From Yuukianura sp. NJ FZ-2021 (taxonomy: Eukaryota), in the NCBI GenBank assembly GCA_046563655.1, contig CM102290.1:2976001-3040000 (forward strand): a stretch of DNA of 64,000 bases. Reading direction: 5' to 3'. The position numbers were made by a program, and so were the translations under genes. Every line of letters begins with the position of its first letter. Positions within the stretch are counted from its first letter, which is position 1. Of this stretch, positions 50,801 through 59,100 are shown one piece after another. The notes below the pieces were generated by a model. That model made no database searches. It saw only the letters and a list, made by a program, of their open reading frames with translations, and had not been told where the DNA came from.

Positions 50801-52206
50801 GATCCAGAAAAGTCTGAGCCAGAAAAGTCTGATCCAGAAAAGTTTGATCCATAAAAGTCTTATTTAGAAAAATCTGATCCGGAAAAGTCTGATCCAGAAA
50901 AGTCTGAGCCAGAAAAGTCTGATCCAGAAAAGTTTGATCCATAAAAGTCTTATTTAGAAAAATCTGATCCGGAAAAGTCTGATCCAGAAAAGTTTGATCC
51001 ATAAGTCTTCTTGAGAAAAATCTAATCCGGAAAAGTCTGATCCAGAAAAGTCTGAGCCAGAAAAGTCTGATCCAGAAAAGTTTGATCCATAAAAGTTTTA
51101 TTTAGAAAAATCTGATCCGGAAAAGTCTGATCCAGAAAAGTCTGAGCCAGAAAAGTCTGATCAAGAATAGCCTAATCCAGAAATGGTGATATGTGCCCAA
51201 GAATACACTTTCTCACATTGAATATTTGTTATAATTAGAATTTTGGCCAAGAAATTCGAATTACGTTGGAATACGTTTTTACGGTGTTGTTAAAATTTTT
51301 GATTTTTTTTTCTCTTAAAAAAACGCATCAGAATTTAAAAAATTTCGATTTTTCAATTTTCTAAAAGTTTTCTTTTATAAAAAGATTTTCAATTCATTTT
51401 CGAAAAGAATCCGTGCCAATAAGATTTCACAAAACGTTTCTTTTTTTTTTTCAAAAAAAAATACGACAATAGTCGTCGTCCGGCTCCTGAGCAGGGAAAC
51501 AGAATACGACTAAAGTCGTATTCAGGCCCCGGAGCACGCACACAAAGTACGACTAAAGTCGTATTCAGGCCCCGGAGCACGCACAGAAAGTACGACTATA
51601 GTCGTATTCAGGCCCCTGAGCCCGCACAGAAAATACGACTAAAGTCGTATTTAGGGTTCAAGAGGTTAAAGGGCATTAACCTCATTTTCAAAACGATTTT
51701 TCAGAATATTTTCAATAAAAATGCCGAAACGAAAAAAGAAATGCGCGTTGTTTGGAATTTAATTTTTAGAAAGTTTGCCTGAACTTTAGTGTAGTACTAA
51801 CTCTGCATCGAGGCTAGCTTTTTTTCAAAATCGTTCCAAATTTTTTTTTCAAAATTTGATTTCCCCATTTCCAGGACGTCGGCCTCTGACGATGATGGGC
51901 GGTTCGGCAGACTCTGACCTTTGGCGAGGTCATCAACACCGTGAACGAATTGGGATTTTGGTTCAAGAACCTTTGGATCCTACTGCAGATGATCTCTGTT
52001 CCGAAGTAAGTCAACTTCCAGAAGAAGACGATGACCTTGACCTCAACGTTGACCTTTACGGGTCAAAGCATCCGACAGTGTCAATTTCAATGCAAGTTCA
52101 TACTCATCCTGTTCCAGGGAATCGAAAGTCATTGAATTGGGCAAGTCCTTCGACTGCCATTTTGGAAAATGGGTCACGTGACAGCAAACTTCGAGCCCAA
52201 ATTTAA
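8879..52206 (+). CDS. Class A neuropeptide GPCR, PRXamide (CAPA/pyrokinin)/neuromedin-U receptor family; isoform A (about 691 aa)
   Basis: Exon 1A (8879-9140) joins shared exons 35951-36216 ([33 protein letters not shown]), 41358-41778 (TM5 [16 protein letters not shown]3), 45097-45231 ([14 protein letters not shown]), 45658-45969 ([17 protein letters not shown]), 47788-48135 and 51875-52206. All junctions are GT-AG and frame-preserving (2076 nt total). [12 protein letters not shown] and CWAPFHxQRL typify PRXamide/NMU receptors. The last two C-tail exons rest on splice and phase logic only. Confidence 0.85.
17035..17480 (+). mobile_element. Non-autonomous interspersed repeat, HINE/DINE-1-like (copy 1)
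   Basis: Sub-terminal inverted repeats AAGTAGCGAAAG (17068) and CTTTCGCTGCT (17463), TGACCTT tracts, and a CCGGACGGACAGAC microsatellite near the 3' end. It is colinear with a second copy at about 20106-20430. The family assignment is inferred. Confidence 0.6.
20106..20430 (+). mobile_element. Non-autonomous interspersed repeat, HINE/DINE-1-like (copy 2)
   Basis: Shares AATAAACCG-TTGTA, AAAAGTAGCGAAAGAT, AAAAGTTAAC-TTTGACCC, AAAGTTGTT, GACGGACAGAC and TAAACTAGCTTT with copy 1, in the same order. Its ends are inverted: TATAAAAGTAGCGAAAG / CTTTTGCTACTTTATA. Confidence 0.6.
24390..52206 (+). CDS. Same GPCR, isoform B (about 717 aa), using the second N-terminal module
   Basis: Exon 1B 24390-24699 (MSESDEPF...[16 protein letters not shown]...TNYYLFNL) plus the 30-nt exon 24781-24810 ([10 protein letters not shown]) splice in phase 1 to 35951 (AMPVELF). 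The downstream exons are those of isoform A (2154 nt total). Confidence 0.88.
30327..30425. mobile_element. Very short TA-flanked MITE (99 bp)
   Basis: TA|CCGTAAATTTCAAAAGTA ... TAGTTTTGGAAATTTACGG|TA, with imperfect TIRs of about 18 bp and a TA TSD. Confidence 0.65.
40364..40577. mobile_element. Tc1/mariner MITE, 214 bp
   Basis: TA|CAGTGAGAGGCACGAAAACCTGCACACC ... GGTGTGCAGGTTTTCGTGCCTCTCACTG|TA. The perfect 28-bp TIRs extend to about 33 bp with one mismatch, and the TSD is TA. Confidence 0.92.
40578..40807. repeat. (TA)n microsatellite followed by a 19-bp minisatellite (CTGCGCAACAGCGCACAAC, about 10 copies)
   Basis: TA run at 40578-40609. Units start at 40621, 40640, ... 40792 with a single substitution in copy 3. 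Confidence 0.97.
45304..45576. mobile_element. Fold-back/MITE-like element with about 41-bp inverted arms
   Basis: 45304-45344 (AAATAGTTTTTCTTTAACAGGTTAGGCAATAAGTCTCCTTT) matches the reverse complement of 45535-45576 (AAATAGTTTTTTCTTTAACAGGTTAGGTAATAAATCGCCTTT). No TSD could be resolved. Confidence 0.65.
48833..49264. mobile_element. PIF/Harbinger-like MITE, 432 bp
   Basis: TTA|TGCCGAATTTACACAT ... ATGTGTAAATTCGGCA|TTA. It has perfect 16-bp TIRs and a 3-bp TTA (TWA-type) TSD. Internal inverted motifs include CATGCCGTTCTTCTTTC and GAAAGAAGAACGGCATG. Confidence 0.82.
49591..51184. repeat. 15-bp satellite (ATCCAGAAAAGTCTG consensus, about 105 units) with a roughly 90-bp higher-order repeat
   Basis: Six variant monomers recur in order: ATCCATAAAAGTCTT, ATTTAGAAAAATCTG, ATCCGGAAAAGTCTG, ATCCAGAAAAGTCTG, AGCCAGAAAAGTCTG, ATCCAGAAAAGTTTG. 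Some blocks gain or lose a monomer. Confidence 0.97.
51462..51650. repeat. 43-bp tandem sub-terminal repeats with palindromic core TACGACTAAAGTCGTA
   Basis: Cores start at 51462, 51505, 51548, 51591 and 51634, an exact 43-bp period. The last core lies immediately next to the right TIR. Confidence 0.93.
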
Positions 52207-53198
52207 AATGTTGGAATTTAACGTTTCTCAACTTACGTAAGAAAACAAAAAAAAATGTGAAACGAAACAGTTTAAGACAAGGAGAAATCAGTGTTGAAGT
52301 TGTCGAACCCTCGCGGCAGGGAAATTTTGTTTCCAAAAAACAAAGGAAGTTTGGCTTTTACGAACAAACAAAATCTTTTGAAATTTGCCGTCATACGCTT
52401 TTAGCAAAAAACTAAACTAAAAATTGAATAGAGTGATGTTGCTGGTGCAAAAATTCGTTGACCTCCACTATGTACCTAAAACGTTTACGTAAGGACTTTG
52501 TTTTTGTAATTGTCTGAATGTCGCATGCTCATAACGTTGTCTCTCTTCAAAACATTATACAGAGTATTAAATTTTTGAAACATACAAATTCCAAATTTTA
52601 GAACTTGAAATTTATAAAGTTTAGGATGCTAGAGTTGTTGAACAGACTTGCGTAAACTCTTGCCAACGATACTGCGTGTAATCCGAAAACGGATTTCATG
52701 GGACTTAAGTGCCATATACTTAACTGGCATTTAATTTTTTATGATTTATTACCGTCTTATAATTAATTAATATAATTAATTATATTTAATTGTAATTATA
52801 TCGTTGGTGTCGTTGTTGACTTGTTTAAATTTCTAAATTTTAAGGGAACAATTCCAAGAAGTTTCTAAATATTCGGTATTAATTAACTTTGCGATTGTTT
52901 TACTAAGTCGTGTACACGTATAATATATTATGTTAACTTTGAGATATAACAAAAAAATGATTGTATTTACTCGTATATGATCTGTATGAGAAAATAAAGG
53001 TTTAAAGCCATCGGATTACAATTGATTGTAACAAGTGCGAAAAAAAAAGTTTGGAATTGTTTTGAAGCACAAAGTAACAAAAAAGGAACATCGAATGTAA
53101 AATTCGCAACGGAAGGAAGTTGTTTTTTAGCACGGTGGATTGTCTGCCGTCTGCGTCAGGTTTATGCTCATGCGCACTACAACTTCTGCGCATCCAAT

Positions 53199-56100
53199 TC
53201 AAGAATACTTGTATAATTTGACACAGTGATTTCCCGAATCAGCAATGGCAACGTAGCCATCTAGTGTAACCGTAAGACCTTGCGGGCCGTAAAGCGGTTC
53301 CACGGCCGTACTCACGTAGGATAAAAAGGAACCTTGGCTATCAAAGATCTAAAAATCGAACAAGTTTCATAAAAATTTCAAAAACGAAGTTGAAATCTCA
53401 AGATTTCAAAAATGTGAAATGTACTGTACCTGAATTCTACTATTACCCCAATCGGCAACTAAAATGTTGTCGTGTTTATCTACAGCCACACCCGTAGGAG
53501 CATTGAACTGTCCATTGCCTTCTCCATTTGTTCCAAAGCAGTAGAGGTAGTCGCCCTCAGAGTCAAACACCTAAAATTGTGAAAATTCGAAAATTTTGGG
53601 AATACATTTCGAAATTTTGAACTTTCGAAAGATTTGCTACTGACCTTGACACAATGGTTATGAAAATCCGTGACAATGACATGCCCTTTGCTGTTGACAG
53701 CTACAAAGTGCGGTCCAGCAAATTGCCCTTCGTCGTTCCCACGACTTCCAAATTTGTTCACAAGTTTTCCAGTAGATTGAAAAACGAGAATAGAAGATGC
53801 TTTGTTGTCCACGACGTAGATGAGACCATTGGAATCAACAGTTAAACCCTTGGGCCCTATAGTAAATCAACCATAAGTTTCCAGGAGTTCCAAAATTTGC
53901 AAAATTTGGCAAATTCATGCCCAAATTTGGAGAAAAGGAATTACCCAGAAGTTTCCCATGTCCAATGCGACTCATAAATTTCCCTGTTTGATCGAAAATG
54001 GAGATCCATTTGTTATCATAGTCGGCAATTGCTAAGTTGCCATTTGACAGCATGGCGACGCCCACAGGCCTTTGCAGTTGCCCCACCAGGCGTCCACGGA
54101 CACCAAACCTACAATTAATTATACACAAACCTTATTATAATATATAAATTATAAAAACTTAATAGCATAAACATTAGTACCAATTATAATGCATCACAAT
54201 TGAGAGGTAATGGATTCCAGTCTCAAAGAATTTAACAAAAATCTTTTAAAAGAAGATTTTCAATTCTGGGTAAGACGCCATTAAAAAATTTTCTTTTGAA
54301 AATAATTTTTCTAAGGAAATAATTTTTTTTTACAGTTTCCTCTCTTTCTCCGTACGCATTATAATTACGGGAAATTTTTAGGGAAATTTTGAAACTGGAT
54401 GAGTTTGTCAGTGGGGTTTTTAGCGGGAATTTATATTTTTAGCGGCGTATCATCCAGGCCATTTAGTTTTTCGGATATGAAAGTTTGCCGAATTTGAATC
54501 TTATACTTTCACTAGTTTCTTAAGGTTTCTGTACTTTCCCTTAAGGGGTCTGAAACAAAAACAGAGAAAGTCCAGAGAGAGGATCAATATAAGGTTCCTT
54601 TTGGACTAGAAAGTGCTCTGAAAGTGCTCTTGACTCTTCCTTTGCTCTTTGCTTTAAGCAATGCCCACTTCCAATTCTATTCTGATCTTGCCCTTTGGGA
54701 ATTCTTGGACTGGGGCCAATCCCTATAAATTTTCTGGGGCAAACAAAAGGACAAGGTCTCTACACCACTTTCCTAGAAATTATGCTAGCAAAAGGGGAGG
54801 AAAAACTTTTGCGGGTTTTCTGAAACAAGTTTGACCTTCTGGAACAAGGTTAGAACAATTTTAGAAAATTTAGAGGCTGTCATGTAAGTGGTGTAAGTTG
54901 TCACCTGAGTTTACACTCTCCCGTATGATCGAAAATGGTAACACATTGATTGTTGGAGTCAGTCACAGCTAGTCGTCCGGTTCCAATGGAAGCGACACCT
55001 TGTGGATTTGAAAATTCACCGCGGTTTCTTCCGCGGTGCCCAATCTTGAGGATCAAATCGTCTTCCAACGTGTTGCTTCTGCGGGAACTTCCATGCGTAG
55101 AACCTTACGAAAAACGTAACAAGCATGCTTACAAGTTGAATTGTGCGTGTAAGCATTTTTTGTGATTTTTTGAATTTTAGTACCGCACCTATGCAACCAT
55201 TGCTAAAAAACTTGCGCGTGGGAGTAGACATGCGTGATCTGGGTGAAACAGAAGCTCCATTGGCCCTTGGAGTGCGTGACATTGTGCCTGCAGTTCCCGT
55301 AGGGGAATGTAGAGCTGAGACGGATCCATTTCCATTAATGTAAGGCACCGGACTTTGGCTATTTGATCGACACAACTCAGCTTCGTAACCGTGGAACTGA
55401 AAACCGGAAATCCGAAACCGTTAGATCATATCGGTTTGAGCCGGAAATTACTTTTTTTTCCTTTACCTGAAACGGACTTCCAGAAATATGTTGACCTCGA
55501 ATCACAACTCCAATTGAAAACGGACCAACCCGTGACACGAGAAATCGGATAATGAAAGCTCTGCTGTCGGATTCTCTTGGTTGTTCCAGAGAAAATACAC
55601 ATTCTTTTGTAGACGTCGTAACATGAATGTCTGCTGGACTTATGTCTAGATGTGGAGCATAGGCTGCAGAGAGGTGAAGGCGCAGAAAATGGCGGCGACC
55701 GACTGGAACGCACCGTGACTCAAAAACTTCGCCTGACACGGCCCAGCTCTTGTGAAGTGTCGACACGACACGACCAAGGCTGTCTATGTCTAATCTCTCA
55801 ACGGCCAGTCCATCAAATCTAAAATCATAAGAACTAATCTTTAGAATTGAAAAAAGTCATGAGCTAACTTCGACTAACTTTGAGAGTCAAAAGGAAATTG
55901 GATTTGAAATTAGTACGGACGGAGGAGCGTGTCGAAGCATGAAATGAGTTACTTAAGGCTTCTTCTCCGACTTAATACAAAGTGTCAATTAAACATCACG
56001 CAGGCAGACGAACGTTAAACCTTCAAAAATTATTTTTTCATTTTGATGTTGACTAAGATTCAAGGTGAGGCTTTTACATTGTACCTACTTCAAAAATTTA

Positions 56101-59100
56101 CATTTGAATAGACACAAAAAAGTCAAAGAAAAAGTGGAACCGGAAGCCTCGTTTTTCAACTTCAACGCCCGTCCGGTTTTTATAAATTTTTCTAACATTG
56201 CTTTCTGTAGTCTTGAACAGGTTTACTGTCACTTCACTACAGGGATGGGAAATTACAAAATTTCAAAACTTTTGACCAATTTCAAATCAAATTCATATTT
56301 TTAAAATTTTGAGACTTTTTTTTTAATTTTTGAAAAGTAATGCTTACTCCAAGGAATCGTCGTTTTGAACAAAGGAAGCATTGACATTCATTTTGGAATA
56401 ATCCTCTAGTCGATTTCCAATTTGTTTTTTGACAAATAAAATTTCAGTTTCATTTTCATGACTAAGGGCTCGTTCAGTGAGAAGGCAGCATTCGTTAACA
56501 TCTTGTAGATGAGTTGTCAGTAAGTTTCTAGATTTTTCTAGAAAAGCACAAAATGTGTTACGATTTTAAACAGTTAATTAAGTTTACTGATTTAAATCAA
56601 TTACTTACGAATCTGATCCATTTTTGAAACAAATTCACTGTCTACAGCTTCCATGAGACTCTGGCGTCGTTCTTTAATTTTTTCAAGTAAATTTCCAAAA
56701 ATCAAATTAATTTGATTCACAGCTTCACTTTTTCGTTCAGACAGAAGACACATAGACTTTTCAGAAACTGCAATGCCTTCCTGTAACTTCTCCACCTTCA
56801 AAATAATTTTGCAATTGAAAAAGCACTTATGCTAAGCACAATTTTGATGATTTCATTTTACGGGATAATTTGGAACTACTACAAGTGATAATGATAAGAG
56901 CAAATCTCTGACGTACTGCTGAGGATTAAATTCTTAAGGTTTCACTTTACAACTTTCCGAGAAAAAAAAACTACTTTGCATTTTCCAAGAATGAAAACGA
57001 TAGAACCAAATTTTCCCACGCCCAAGTGACATAACATTTTTAAGTGGATCTTACTTTTTCCTGGACAGTTTCCATCAGTTCTTTGAGTCGTACTTTTTCA
57101 TCCAGAACGGCATCGAGAACACGGATTGTGAGATGTCGTCCATGCTCAATGTCAGTACAACTGCTACAAACGGCAGTGTCACAGTCACGACAGTAGAAAC
57201 GAAGCGTTTGACCTTCAAAAAGACAACAACAAAAAAACTATAATTTTTTTGGTCTAACTTAAAGTTTCAAAATCATAGGGTTCAGTAGGTCATAATTTCT
57301 CCGTAACAAAATCCAATTAACCTTTGGATTTTCTGCGCATAAAACTAAAAACGAATTACACAGAAATGGAAAATCTTGGTTATTTTTGCCAAAAAAAAAT
57401 TTGGAAGGAAAAAATAAATTGAAGTTTTTGCAAATTAAAATTTGTAGTTAGTTTTTCAAGGAAAATTGGAACTACTACATAACTGCAAAGTGTTCTTCAT
57501 GATTGTTTGGTAATTATAGGCTTTCCAAAGTCTAGTGTTGGTGAAGTTTAACAAGTGGAGTGATTGGATCTTTGTCTTTTTCATCATCTCTGCTCCTCAT
57601 CCGTCACTTTTTTAATATAAATTACAGGTAGATGACGTAGCTGTCAACACCTCCACAACAATGCAATTAACAATTAACCTTCGACTCCACAAGTGATTTG
57701 CAAACAAATCTCATCTGGAAATGCAAACTGCTGCTTTGAATATTTACTTTTCAATCATAACTGAAAAAAAAACGCAATTCCAAAAAGTTGGCACCACACC
57801 CAGTAGTTTTAAAAACCAAACTTTTCACAAAAAAAAAATGGTGAACCTTGCCAAGGTAAACGTGACCAATTAATTAATTAATTAATTTTTTTTGTCATTG
57901 CTCTAGATTCTGATTAATTTTCTGTGTTTTCTGATTCTCAGTAAAAGTACTCTATGCAAGCATAAACGCACGAAAAAAAAGTCAAAAACTTTATACCAAT
58001 ACTAAAGAAATCTGGGGTTTGCCGTCTTTACGTTACATGCCAACGCTAGTCCCAATTGGTGTGGAAAAATCATTTTTTTTTTGGTAAACTTTGGAAATTT
58101 AAAATTCTTAACAAAATTTTGGCTACGTTAAGTAAAATTTTGGCGTAAGATGAGGTTCGACTTGTCAAAAATTACTTCAGAGAATTGAATCAAGTTTTAA
58201 AAACCTGAAGAAAGAATGTGCAATGGTTCACAGTGTGAACTTCACACCTTGTCGATTGTTGCACAATTGAAAAGTGACGTGACAATTCCTTATTTCAAAG
58301 TGCTTGATTTCTTTCCAAGTTTTATCCCAGAACTTGCATAATTTCTTGTCCACTCCCTTGAGATTTACTTAACGACCTCAAATGTTAACGAACTGTAAAT
58401 GCTTTTTAAAATGACCACCCTGCACTTTAACATCAATACAAGACAAGGAAAAACAAAAAAATTGTTGGCATTTGTCCAAAAATATAACCAAAATCCTCAA
58501 ATCCTGTCAAAACATTATTTAAAACAAACCCAAAAAAAAATAAACTTCACAGTTAGTATTTTTTCCCCCGTATTTTTGCGGGACAAAAAAGAAAAAAGAA
58601 TTTGCAAAATTTGTTTGAATTTGGAAATTTTCGAAAAACTCACCAGCGTGACTTGGACAATAGAGGTAACGTGCTGTGGGGTTGTTCGGAGCGTTTCCAT
58701 TGACTTTGGAACTTCTGACATTGTTGACCATTGTGGCAGCAGAAGTCGGATGGTCGTTTTTGCACGGGGGGTCAGTTGAAGGTGACTTAGAAGGAGAAGT
58801 TCCGTTGGTGTCTTTAGGTTCAACCAATGGAGAAATTTGGTGACATGAGCTACTGCTCCTCCCGTCGTCCTGAAAATGCAGGATGTATATAACTGGCATT
58901 TAAAATTTTAGCAAAATAAATTTCCAAAAAAAAAATGGTCAAAATAATCCGATTTCTCCTCAATTGCCTGAATTTTTCTTAATAATTTTTTCCTAATTTG
59001 GAGATCCCAAGTCTGAGACTTCCGAAACCTAACTGAAAATGTTTGTTTGATCTGATTCTTCTTTTATTTGGACTTTACGGGTATGGTACCCACCACAAAA

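Larger units (their letters stand above)
49269..51665. mobile_element. Non-autonomous piggyBac-like element, about 2.4 kb
   Basis: TTAA|CCTCTTGAACCCT ... AGGGTTCAAGAGG|TTAA. It has perfect 13-bp TIRs starting with CC and a TTAA TSD (49265-49268 and 51666-51669). There are palindromic sub-terminal repeats at the right end and no transposase ORF. Confidence 0.9.

Noticed and set aside
49567..51002. 309-aa and two 106-aa DQTFL-repeat ORFs
   Set aside because: They arise from a 15-bp (3n) satellite inside a non-autonomous transposon. They are broken by recurrent 2-nt deletions and have essentially no unique coding flanks.
51462..51650. CRISPR-like palindromic repeats at regular spacing
   Set aside because: The intervening sequences are near-identical rather than unique spacers. 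There are no cas genes, the context is eukaryotic, and the array sits against a transposon TIR.
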